DNA of 64,000 nt from Azolla caroliniana (taxonomy: Eukaryota > Plantae > Polypodiophyta), in assembly GCA_043228905.1 (NCBI GenBank), contig JBHGNT010000004.1:22816001-22880000 (forward strand), written 5' to 3'. Numbering within the stretch: position 1 is the first letter of the stretch; each line of letters opens with the position of its first letter. The position numbers and the translations under genes are program-made. Below, piece by piece: positions 53,179 through 64,000 of the stretch. The notes beneath the pieces are model-generated. The model saw only the letters and a list, made by a program, of their open reading frames with translations. It had not been told where the DNA came from and ran no database searches.

Positions 53179-53530
53179 TGTTGGTGAGGATTGAACTTGT
53201 AGCCTCACATCAACATTACATCATGCTCAACCATATTATATGATTATTGTATAAGATATAGGTGATCTACATATGATTATATAAGATGTACTTGATCTAG
53301 GTATACGCTCTAGACACCTAGAAAGTTATGGAAAGTCCCAGGTTTCTAGAAGGTTCCAGAATATTCTTCACAATATTCAAATGCATGTACCTCAACTCAC
53401 AATACAAATACTTGCAATCTCCTTGATCTCGGACAAGGGATTCAAGACCAGTCATTGACACATCAATCTAGTATTCTCATTTCATGCCATATTGTCTTGT
53501 CGTGTATTATTTCCTTGTATGCATCTAGTC
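53179..53530 (+). mobile_element. Truncated LTR fragment with a weak antisense tRNA-like start
   Basis: Starts TGTTGG; minus strand reads TATAATATGGTTGAGC..GAGGCTACAAGTTCAATCC; TTCTAGAA-type motifs as in the LTRs at 45668 and 59347; 3' end not found. Confidence 0.45.
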
Positions 53531-53872
53531 TGTTGCTTTTGGGGGCGTGGATCCCCTCCTCCGTTCCATGTGTTTCGAATCCCCTGTTCTCTCTCTTTTT
53601 GTGTTGACCTAAAGTTCATCACTGATCCGTCTCTGGGAGGTAACGCTCCCTCCCAACATCCCCTTGCATGTGCTCCTGACGGTGAGCTTGTGTGCTCATC
53701 AAGCCGAATATGGCGACAAACCCGGTTTGGTTACATGCCCCATGTGCCCATGCACTTTTCTATCTGGAATACGGCAACTGACCGGATAATCCCTATACGC
53801 TCGCCCACCTTTTCCTCTCTCCACTGGTTCCATGGTTCAAGACCTTGGTGGTCCCGCCCCGATCCGACATGT
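53530..53872 (+). mobile_element. Partial GC-rich LTR (U5-like end), same family as 1-556
   Basis: GGTTCAAGACCTTGGTGGTCCCGCC at 53834-53858 after a CT-rich tract; left boundary uncertain. Confidence 0.45.
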
Positions 53873-54559
53873 TGTCGCGGATTCCCATGGCTATGTGTCG
53901 AAACGGGGTGGGACCATCAGGGTCTTGAACCAGAGAGAGACGGAAGAGAGAAGAACAAGTTTTGTTGGTGCCGGATACGCCGACTGAGACGCTGACCGGA
54001 GCTTTTTCGAACTCGCGTCGGGAGCAACTGAATGGGAGATAGATAGATAGATAGATTATATTATCGTCTTCGGAGGTCAAATATGACCTATGAGACCAAA
54101 AATATTACATTTCACGTGATACATGTGAAAGTGAGTAGTGACTCTCGATGTTCAAGAACTTTACCAATGAATGTTGCAATCGAGAGTGCACATTGTGGTT
54201 GTGAGAGGAATTCATGCAAGGATTGGGCTCGGTCGAAGAGATGTGGAAAGCATGGTCGAATATGATCAAAGGCAGAGCATTGTATCAAAGTGTGATACTT
54301 AGACTCGCGAACTTGTTTAGGGCAAAGTGTGCATAGCCGACCACTCTCATTACTTGTGCCCCAATGCCTTGTCTCACATCGCAATGCATGTGAGCTAAGT
54401 CGCATGGAAGCAATGGTTCGAATGGCAGATAATGGTATGAGCTCTAACATGGAGAGAGTGAGAGTGAGAGAGCGCACCACTCTCTTAACACATGCTTTAT
54501 ATATAGAAACTGAAAGAACAGAAACACTTTGACACAAATAAAGACGGATGTAGACAACC

Positions 54560-54608
<49 letters not shown>

Positions 54609-56767
54609 AGAACCACATAATATAACTCTTTCTTTGTGCCGGTCCAAACAAACTAGATTATTGCTAGTCGGGGAGCTCTCGGGCTCGTCGCGCCGAGTGG
54701 GGTCTTGCACAGAAGATAGGGCAGAACCGAAACCCTTAGAGCATACAAGCTCTCATATGACTAAACCCTAAACCAAAATGGAACCCCCAAAACCCTAGCA
54801 GACTAACACGAATATGATACAGACTTCGATCGGTGAACTAAACAAACGCGAAACATGAAACCAGAATCGGGGAACTGAAACAAAATGGGGAAAACTCCCC
54901 AAAATGGGAACCCCCACACAAGAGACCCCTCCCTCCTTTTATAGAACAAGGAGGGAGGTACATTACAAGTCGGTCAAATATCTCCCTTTCGAGGGGATAT
55001 TGCCTCGATATGCGGAGCGGTGATTGATGGGAGTACATTAAACACCCTCACTTTCACACCCCACTATGTATGCAAGTGCACTTATACCACTTATTAACTG
55101 TACTGACGCCCCATTGCACACCCTTCCCTTTTCCTTTTTATTTGTACACACATTTTTCAAATGTACATGTGCGCACGGTGCACATTGCCGACTTTGCCCG
55201 ATCCATCCAGTTTCGTTGTAGCCGTAAATCCCTACGACATCCACCCCCACCAAACCGCATATCCACCAGAATGTGCCAAGAAAGGGAAGATAAGATGGGA
55301 GATTCTGACGGGTCCTCCGCTGGCCCGGCATTTGTCTCCTGCAGCGGTTGCTGCCGATCCTGAACTGTCGACTTTTGAACCGACCTAGTCCTCGACCTGG
55401 AGCTCATATTCGTTGTTGTCCTCGTCTCTCCACCTCCAGCTCGTCCAGCCTCTCCACCCGAACCACTAGACTCGCCTTTGCTCTTCGTTCTGTCATCTCC
55501 ATCCCATCCGCCAGATCCTACGCACGCCTTCGTCCATTTTTTCGATCGGAGCAAATCTCTTGAATGCTGTTGCCGACCCGACCTGGCTTCCTCATTCTCC
55601 ACGGATAACCTTCATCCGGACCCCTGACCACTCCGATTGCTTGTCGGGTACTGTCCTCGTTGCTCCTCGTCCATGCCCGTTTCGACCCGTCTGCTTCCTC
55701 GGTTCAAAATCGCCACGCGCTGAACTTCGTCGTCGATCTCCCCCGTGCTCGTCACTCAACCCTTACGCGGCCACATTGCACATCTCTCGTTTCACTCTAC
55801 TCTGTGTACCCTTTCGCCAAGGTACACTACTTCCCCGACTTCTGTGTTAGTGCTCTCCACTTCGGTGTCCTCTATAGCCCTTGACATCGTAGCTCGTCTC
55901 GAGGAACGCCCTTATTGTCCAACTTGCCTGCTTGGCCTCTGTTGTCCACCGTGATACTATTTTCGCTTCTTTTGGTGCCTTTGTCTGCTACGACCTTTGT
56001 CCCCTCACCGTAACCCTCCGTCTCCTTAGTCTTACATTGGTCCGTAATTGCCAAAGTCTCAGAATTAGGTATGGAGGATCCCTCTCGGGCCTTCTCTTCG
56101 TGGCCACTATCCCCACTCGTTCCCTTCTCCGCATCCACTGGTCTTGGTTCCTCCGACCCCCGATCGGGTCGGTTTGAGTTCTGTCCACCTCGGTCATCCG
56201 GAACTCGACATTCTCGGCCCTGTTTGGACCCATCCTCGGTCGATCAACGGCAACCCCAACTGCCTCTTCTCTGTCGTTCAACGGATCTCGTGCATGTCGG
56301 GTTGGTTTTGGTCGAACGATCCATGTCCGGATTGCGTTCCACCTGAATCGGAATGTCGATCGGATCGATTCCCAATCGGGCCCACCTTCAACTCTTCTAT
56401 CCACGGGGCCGTCCCTTGCTTCTCTGCCTCGCTATTTCGCGGCTTCGTCCTTAGCCTCCTCACAAGCCACCTCTCGTCTACCTCCGTTGGCATCGTGCTA
56501 AGTCATTTTGCCGTCACCTTCTATCTCTCCAGTCTCACGTCGGCTCTCAGCCTCGACTGCCGAAGTCTCCGGAATCGGTGTGGAGGGCTCTTCTCCTCCT
56601 CCATCTTTGTTGGCCTCGTGCCAAGTCTCCTCGCTGCCACCTCTAGTCTCTTTGGTCTCATGTTGGCACATGGGCTCGAATGCCGAATTCTCTAGAACAG
56701 GTGTGGAGGGCACTTCTCGTCCTCCGTCTTTGCTGGCAGCATGCTGGGTCCCCTCTGGGCTCACAAG
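53873..56767 (-). mobile_element. GC-rich LTR retrotransposon 3' end: LTR (53873-55239, interrupted by a LINE fragment), PPT and non-coding internal region
   Basis: Minus strand: purine-rich GGTGGGGGTGGA then TGTCGTAGGGATT (55239); end GAATCCGCGACA (53873) is an imperfect inverted match; TATAAAAG near 54935-54944; internal region has degenerate repeats but no recognisable domain; cut by the hAT at 56768. Confidence 0.55.
54037..54560 (-). mobile_element. RTE/RTEX-like LINE 3' fragment with a (TCTA)n tail
   Basis: MRLSSHALRCETRHW..RLCTLCPKQVRESKYHTLIQCSAFDHIR (CCHC finger); (GATA)n at about 54037-54055. Confidence 0.75.
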
Positions 56768-59346
56768 TAGCAATGGGTGCAGTTCGGTTCCGGTTTTGGT
56801 TCGGTTTCTTGACCTTGAAACCAAACCAAACCAAACCAAACCATTTAAAAATTTTGAAGCCATTCAAACCGAACCATTTAAAAGGTAAGAGAAACCAAAT
56901 CGTTTACAAAAAATTTAGTACCAAACCGAACCAGTTCATCAAAAATCAAAACCAAATTTGTTTATCATACAACAAAACCAAACCAAACCAAACCAAACCA
57001 AACCAAACCAAACCAAACTGTTTTTGACATAATCCAACCAAAACAGAACTATAAATTGAACCAAACCAAAGACTCTAGAATATCATAAAATAGACAGAAA
57101 TTTACACCACATTTTCTGAGAATTACTAATTTGCAGAAAATGATAAGATATAACATAAAGAGATAAATGTTTTTTGGAATGATAACAAAAATCCATATAG
57201 TAGAGTTCAAAATTCAAATCCATTTATGTAACGAAAGAATAACAATCCATATAATAGAGTTAATACTTCAAATGAAGCATTTTCCAAATCCATATATGTA
57301 AATGAATGTTCCTCTTTTTGTTTCTAATCTTTTCTCTAAGTTTGAATTAGGGATCTTGAAAGTATAAAATACATAAAAGAATTAAGTAATTAGTAATAAA
57401 GAATTTAAAGAATCGAATAAAAAAGAAAATAGTAAAAAGTATGTCGTAAAATTTACGACGACTTTGAGGATCTCCAATTGCAACCACCATAGTCATTAAC
57501 TTGTGAAGAATCAACATGATTCTTGTATATATAAAATACATAAAACAAGTAAGTTATTAATAATAAAAATAATAAGTAAAGTCTCAAATAAAAAACAACC
57601 AAGTAAAAAGTATGCACACCTTAATTTTCCTTTGACTATCATGTAAGATGTAATCTATTACCTCATCTCACCAATAAGATCATCCAAATTCATTATTAGT
57701 TCTTCATAAGTAGTGTGAAAATGATTTGTCAACCGAACATTAGATTCATTAAAAACCTCCATCCATGATCGAATAGACATTTCAGTTTTGAATGTGCATG
57801 AAGGAAGTTTGATCCTGTTATCAAATGTCATTTTTGCTGCCGAATTAGCCTCTTCAGTAGGTACTGATGATGTTGGTATATCGAGGTAATCACATGCCAT
57901 CCGATATAGTTGTGGCATTGCAGATTTATTATCATTCCACCATTGTAAAGGATCCTTTTCTGTGCTAGCTGAAGGAAGTCTTATAAAGTGCTCAATTTCC
58001 GATCGTGAATAAGAAATAAGACTTTTATTATTTACACCCATTAACCTCCAAATTTTAGAGTTATTATCATTTGGAGGTATTGTGGTTGAAGCCGACGATG
58101 GTTCAACATCACTCGAGAACGAGTGGTAATGGGATGCAATCATGCTTTCAACCAACTTAATATCTAACTCTCTTTCTGTATGATCATTTGGGAGAGACAA
58201 TCTATGTAACGAATAAAAATAGTTAAAACTCAAATAAAAAATCAGTAAGCATAATGACAATTGTAAGATATAAAGGTAAGGATTACCTGGGATCAAGAAA
58301 CATTGCTACGCGAGATGGAATAGACTTTAGCGATGCTTGATACTTAATTAAATATTTTAAGTAGTTCTCAGACGCTCTTTGAAGCACCTCTTGTGTGAAT
58401 CTAGATGATGCTGGAAGTGAAGAATCTAAAAATTTATTACAATGATTTAGTAAACAATTATACGCTAGAGATGCTAGCGATAATGTGGGATATCTTGGCC
58501 CTCCTAGAAAAGTAGAAACCTTTGCAGGTGTATCTAGTCATTCCTCCATGGCATGTATGTGACTCCAAACTTCTCTAGTCAAGACATAACCATCGAAATC
58601 ACTTGATATTGTTAAATCTGAAACTGTTAAATTCAATACATCTCTATCCTTGATAACTTGCCCAAACATTTCCAAGGTAGAATTCCATCTTGTAATAACA
58701 TCAAGCCTTGGGGTTCCCTTTCGCGATGTTCAACCAGCCTAACATACTTCCTAAATACTTCCCTTCGAACCTTGCTAGATCTTATAGTATGGTGCACAAT
58801 TCTCAACTTTTCTGTTGAGGGTGAGATAACCTCTAATGCTGACTTGATGCCCAACTAAAAAATGTGTACCATACACCGTAACATATGTGATGGAGCCAAA
58901 ATTTCCTTACCATGTTCATTTTGTAACAACATGCTCAACTCCTTTGCAGCCGCTTGTGCATCACTAGCTCCATAAAAAATTGTTGCTAATAATCGACTAG
59001 AAATATCAAAGGACCGAAGTTGACAAAAGAGGGCATGTGCACAACGTTTCCTGATCCTACCCAGTAGCATTGACCTCAACCTTGTTGTCTCAGGACATAC
59101 CCAATGAAGTGTTACCGAGTAGAAGTCCTTTAGACTACTATTTGACCAACCATCAAAAGTTATGGAAAATCTTGATTGGCATTTAGATAGCAAATCTATC
59201 ACCTGATGGTGCAACACCACATACATTTCTAAGATGGAACGTTTAATCGTGCTTCTTGTGCTTCACTTGATATCCAGGCACAATTTGTTGTATGAACTCT
59301 TTAAATTCATGTGATTCCACATGTGCATTAGGCAATGTTCCTATCA
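56768..59346 (-). mobile_element. hAT (Ac-like) DNA transposon, one end plus a pseudogenised transposase
   Basis: TIR TAGCAATGGG at 56768; AAACCA arrays to about 57070; SITFDGWS..SVTLHWV, LRCMVHI (CxxH), LDVITRWNST, FLDPR, DPLQWW..LYRMACDYLDIPTSSVPTE (dimerisation domain); intron 58202-58286; stops present. Confidence 0.9.
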
Positions 59347-59727
59347 TGATATAACATGGTATGACTTCAAAAGGATTTGAACGCATGACCTTGTGTCACA
59401 TGGGTTAAAGCCTTACCATTAAGCTATACATTGTAATATGAAAAATATTATTTTCGTTTATTATTTCACTTAGGAAATCATGTATATTCTAGATTTCTCT
59501 GGAACATTCTAGAAATGTCAAGAGTATTACTAAGCCACATTTCTAGAGTATTCCTAAGCCACTATAAAAAGAGGCACATAGCATTATTGAGAACCAAATC
59601 GATTCAACGCTAGTCTTAAGCCTCCTAGCTATTCCTGTATATTCTCTTCATATAATATACATATTTTATTATCATCTCTCTCTTTTTATTATCATAATTA
59701 CCTTACCCTAGTGTTAAGTTGTTAACA
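59347..59727 (+). mobile_element. LTR (about 380 bp) with an antisense tRNA-like cassette near its 5' end
   Basis: TGATATAACA..TGTTAACA; minus strand 59426-59373 TAGCTTAATGGTAAGG..AAGGTCATGCGTTCAAATCC; TATAAAAA at about 59563; TTCTAGAA motifs; no matching TSD. Confidence 0.6.
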
Positions 59728-59819
59728 CGACATGCACTGTGCTGTGGGTTCGAAACCGAACTTCCTGACCACTCTATTATATATTTCTTATATATCTCTT
59801 AATTCACTAAATGCCACTG

Positions 59820-59882
59820 TGGAATGTAGGGGTTGAACCCATGACCACCTGGTCTCCATTGGGCCAACTGAGCTACATCCAT
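59820..59882 (-). other. tRNA-like Pol III cassette just downstream of the copia PPT-like tract
   Basis: Minus strand GGATGTAGCTCAGTTGGCCCAATGGAGACCAGGTGGTCATGGGTTCAACCCCTACATTCCA; close homolog of 45680-45754 with a short deletion. Confidence 0.7.
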
Positions 59883-60207
59883 CCAGTTCTTGCTTGTACT
59901 CCCCCTCAAGCTTGACAAGTCAGGGATCGTCAATCCAAGGTCTGACATGAATTGCTGAAGCTTGTTAGCTCCTAGGGCCTTGGTGAAGATGTCAGATGTT
60001 TAAAGATTCATGTTGATGCGTAGAAGATCGACAACTCTGGCCAGAACGCACTCTTGAATGAAGTGATAGTGCACTTTGATATGCTTTGTGCGTGCGTGGA
60101 ACACTGGGTTCCGAGCCAAATAAATACTACTCATGTTGTCGCAGTAGAGGGGAGTTGGATCCTTGATGGGAACACCTAGATCCTTCAAAATGCTCTTGAC
60201 CCATATG

Positions 60208-60296
60208 TGTTACGGGCATGACCATATAATATCATGTGGTGAGAATTTACCGTAGTATTCTATACACGTAGATATTATATGGTCATGCTCGTAACA
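60208..60296. mobile_element. 89-bp fold-back element with TG..CA ends and a 5-bp TSD, inserted in copia RNase H
   Basis: TGTTACGGGCATGACCATATAATATC / GATATTATATGGTCATGCTCGTAACA (25/26 inverted match); TSD ATATG / ATACG; removal restores ACEV-x-WVKSILKDLG. Confidence 0.85.
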
Positions 60297-60393
60297 ATAC
60301 GACTTCACATGCAGCTACGACTGCACCCTTATATTCGGCCTCCGTACTTGAAAGAGCGACGATCGGCTTCTTCTTGCTACTCTAAGAAATCGC

Positions 60394-61114
60394 AATCAAG
60401 TTCACTATGACTCAAGCAAAGCACAAGGTTAAGGGATACAACATTGTCTACAAGGTTCCCAAAGAGGTACATGAACACATATTGGGGGAGGTTTCCCTCT
60501 TTAATGCTTAGAATGGCAAGCACTCTTCATATGTAACCTTCACATGTATTCAAACTCTGACTTACAAATGAAAGGAAATATGTCATCTTGGGTTTTCATA
60601 TTTATCTTTTTTAATTATTATATGTCTGCAATGACAAATCTAACAATATCCCTCTTTGGTTTAGATATGTATGTTTCTTTTACATAAAGTGTCTAGTGCT
60701 TGGTAAAAAATCTCTTTAGTTAGACTCAAACTGCATTAAGTGTTTACTAACCTAGAGATATCCAAGTTAGGAGTGCTCATTCCAAGTTTTACTCATCTTC
60801 TCACTGTCACACACATGTTAAAAGTAAGGAATACTCATCATTCATAGCACATTCTTTCCTTCATTATATCCACTTTGCTTTGTCTGGTGTGTGGTACACT
60901 CATGAGGGAGGAGATTGAACATGTTAAATGCTAGTACTAATACAAAAAGGTTTGTTCAAGTATACATACTATGTTATGCCTATAACTCTTTAGGAGTTCA
61001 TATGTATCAAAGTTAGTACAATGCATATCAAGTTAGTACTAAAACTGTGTTAAGTGTTTGCTAACCTAGACATATCTAAGATAGGAGTGTTTATTCCACT
61101 CATCACTCATCTAC
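60394..61114. mobile_element. AT-rich insert of about 720 bp in copia RNase H, with an internal direct repeat
   Basis: Splits GFVFSLGS from AISxSSKK; about 75-bp repeat at 60725 and 61039; GGGGGAG-like tracts; no clear TSD. Confidence 0.55.
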
Positions 61115-62455
61115 GCTGCCAAGGGAGAAGACAAAACCAGGGATTGATCGTCGATCAGCTTTGTAGCCAGCCCAGTCTGCATTCCATGTACCCTTCGAGT
61201 CGAATTGGTGGTGCCGATTTGTAGAGAATGCCATAATCCATTGTGCCGCTCACGTATCATAATACTCACTTAGCGCAATCGAAATGGATATCTCGCGGAG
61301 TTTGCATGAATTGGCTAAGGAGTCCCATTGGATAACTAAGGTTGGGTCAAGTGATCGTGAGATAGATGAGGCTCCCGATCAGTTGATGACATTGAGTCGG
61401 CTCACACTCGTCTGTGCCGGAATCAACATATATTTTGAGGTTTTGATCGAGAGGGGTTGCCACAGATTTGCACTCAGCCATCTTGAACTTGTATAACAAG
61501 TTGAGGATGTAGTGCCATTGAGAGATCATAATGCTAGTCGGAATACGAATTACTTTGATTCCAAGGAAGTAATGGAGTTCCTTCATGTCCGTCATCTCGA
61601 ATTTGCCGAAGTGGAGGGATTTAACCTTGTTGATGTCAACTAGACTTTCACCTCCAATGACCAGATCATCTACTATAGGATGATGGCAATCGAGCTTCTA
61701 GAGTCGTTTCGTATGGAGAGGGAGTTGTCCGATTTCGACATTCGAAAGCCGATTTGATGAAGATATTGCGTAATCTTCGAATGCCAAGCATGCAGTGCTC
61801 GCTTGAGGCCGTAGAGAGGTTTCTTGAGTTGGAAGAAGGCTTTCGGATAAATGCTGGATTTGAAACTGGGTGGTTGTACCATGTACACCTCTTCTAATTT
61901 GCCTTGAAGAAAGGCGTTCTTGACATCCATTTTGTGGTGGTGCCGCCCTTTCGTCGCTGCGAGTGCGATCATGGTCCGCACAGTCGTCATCGTTGCCATC
62001 GGGGCAAATGTCTCTTCGTAGTTGACTCCATGCGTTTGTGCGTATCCTTTTGCTATGAGTCGAGCTTTGTAGCAATTTACGGAGCTGTCGGCGTTATACT
62101 TCACCTTGTACATCCATCTGCAGTCGATCTCCTTCTTGTGCGGTGACTGGGGGACAAGATCCCATGTCTTGTTTTTGGAGAGTGCTTGCATCTCCTCATT
62201 GATTGCTTCAACCCATCTAGGGTCCTTCGTAGCTTTGGAAAAGGTTTCCGGCTCCCGTACTGTTGCTACCTTCATCATAAAGGTGTAATGGTACACCATA
62301 TACTCATCGTAGCTGAATCGGCTTAGGGGGTTCTTTTCATGGGTGGATTGGAGGAGCTTCTCGTTTGCGGATACTAAGGCTTTCTTCGCTCTATTTGTTC
62401 GGATTTCAAGGCCTTCGAACTCACTATCTAGGTGACGGGAACTCCTAGCTCCTTA

Positions 62456-63114
62456 TGCGCAACGCTCGGCCACAACTGAGATTCTTTTCATACACAGAAA
62501 AATAGGTAATGAAACGCGACACAAAGAGGAGAAATGGTACACAGGAGGTTTACGTGGAAAACCCCAAACTAGGGGAAAAACCACGGCAGCCCACAGGTTG
62601 CAAACTGTCACTATGTAGAAATATACAACAGTGAGTTCATTGAGGCAACGACCTCGTGCTCTCTCTTCTTCGCCACAGGCGGCGGTTACAACAGAGGCCA
62701 CGACCTCGTCTCTCTCACTCTCTCTATACAGTTACGCGCTCTCACTTCTTCTTGTACCAACAAGGAAGAATAACAACTACATAATATTAGTTTGCCCTAA
62801 GTCATATTTATACTAATATGACTTTTCGGCTATTTACAAATATAGCCACAATGGGCTCTCAGAAAACATATTTATGAATATGTCTCTTCCTCCGGTTCAT
62901 ACCAGGCCTGCACCATCCGGCTCTCCGTAGCCGGGTACTCCTCATCCGGTTCATACCGGGTCTGTATCATCCGGCTCTCCGTAGCCGGGTACTCCTCATC
63001 CGGTTCATACCGGGTCTGTATCATCCGGCTCTCCGTAGCCGGGTACTCCTCATACCGTTTGTTCGTCGGCACTGTTCTTCTCCCTTCCCATCCGGAGGGA
63101 CCTGTCTCCCTACA
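62456..63114 (-). repeat. 3' LTR of a TNT1-like copia element, with 3 x 54-bp tandem repeats in U3
   Basis: PPT GAAGGGGGAG at 63117-63126, then TGTAGGG at 63114; repeats start at 62891, 62945, 62999; left end uncertain (62456 or 62477). Confidence 0.75.
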
Positions 63115-63124
63115 AACTCCCCCT

Positions 63125-64000
63125 TCACTCCGGCATGGGGTGTTTTACCAGTCCGATCCGCTTTCGGCATGCGTCGAGCTTGTCGGGTGTCAGCACTTTG
63201 GTCAGCATATCTGACCCGTTCTCGGCCGTGTGAATCTTCGTCAGTGCGAACTCCTGGTCATCTACTCTTTCCCGGATCCAGTGATACCTCCGCTGGATAT
63301 GCTTCGTCCGGGAATGGTAGGCCGCATTCTTAGCAAGGTGGATGGCACTTTGACTGTCGCAATAGAGTCGGTATTCCTCTTGCCGTATACCGAGCTCATC
63401 GATGAAGTCCTTCATCCATAAGATTTCCTTGCCGGCGTCCACAGTTGCCATGTACTCCGCCTCCGTGGTTGACAATGCAACCGTCTTCTGCAGCCTCGAC
63501 TGCCATGAAACAGCTCCCCCTGCATATGTCATTACATACCCGGATGTAGACCGACTGGTTTCCACATCAGCCGACATGTCCGAATCGGTGAAACCGTCCA
63601 GTTGAGGTTTTCCGGAGCCGAATCGGAGACACATATTTGAAGTGCCCTTCAAGTACCGGAGTATCCATTTGACTGCGTTCCAGTGCTCCTTGCCGGGATT
63701 ACTCATGAACCGGCTCACCACTCCGACTGCGTATCCTATATCCAGTCGGGTACACACCATAGCGTACATCAAGCTCCCGACGGCAGAGGCATATGGAATC
63801 TTCATCATATTCGCCTTCTCTGCTTTCGTCTTCGGGCTTTGCTTGCCGGATAGCCTGCAGTTTGCCGGAAGTGTCGATCCGACTGGTTTTGCATCTGACA
63901 TGTTGAACCGGTGAAGCACCTTTGTCACGTACTTCTCCTGTGACAACCATAATTGCTTTGCTTTCCGGTTACGGATGATGTGCATCCCCAACATTTGTCT
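63125..64000 (-). mobile_element. Ty1/copia (TNT1-like) pol C-terminus: end of RT plus RNase H, open frame running off the window
   Basis: Uninterrupted ORF: LGMHI, PYASAVGSLMYAMVCTR, GFTDSD, STSGY, ALSTTEAEY, YCDSQSAIHLAKN..HSRTKHI, SDMLTK. Confidence 0.95.

Larger units (their letters stand above)
59897..62455 (-). mobile_element. Degenerate Ty1/copia RT-RNase H region with two nested inserts
   Basis: EPETFSKA..WVEAINEEMQAL..TWDLV, YKARLIAKGYAQ, MDVKNAFLQG, LYGLK, YFLGI, GSLIYL, YCDNMS..NPVFHARTKHI, DIFTKAL; GAGGGGGAG tract at 59899-59907. Confidence 0.92.

Noticed and set aside
55038-56888. Many overlapping 70-180 aa ORFs
   Set aside because: Expected in GC-rich retrotransposon internal sequence; no domain similarity recognised
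62891-63053. CRISPR-like arrays (also 25157-25345)
   Set aside because: Head-to-tail repeats with no unique spacers, eukaryotic context and no cas genes

Overview
AT-rich land-plant nuclear DNA; the TE repertoire suggests a non-seed plant such as a fern, lycophyte or bryophyte (inference). Three intact, spliced host genes could be assembled by hand with frame-consistent GT-AG introns: a TAF1A-like RNA polymerase I factor (10676-18693, +, 9 exons, 656 aa), a divergent STICHEL-like DnaX/AAA+ gene (26767-31307, +, 4 exons, 987 aa) and a convergent ICK/KRP CDK inhibitor (32461-34120, -, 4 exons, 343 aa). The rest is nested, mostly decayed transposons: three Ty1/copia pieces, gypsy gag and integrase fragments, L1 and RTE/RTEX-like LINEs, a hAT transposon with a related MITE, solo LTRs and several 200-320 bp tandem duplications. 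The most unusual signal is a tRNA-like RNA polymerase III cassette (A box plus B box, degenerate anticodon arm) at the start of several LTRs and next to a copia polypurine tract. Also notable: an 89-bp fold-back insertion with TG..CA ends and a 5-bp TSD, and loss of the SRC arginine in the STICHEL-like ATPase. Family assignments are from motif recognition only; no searches were run.
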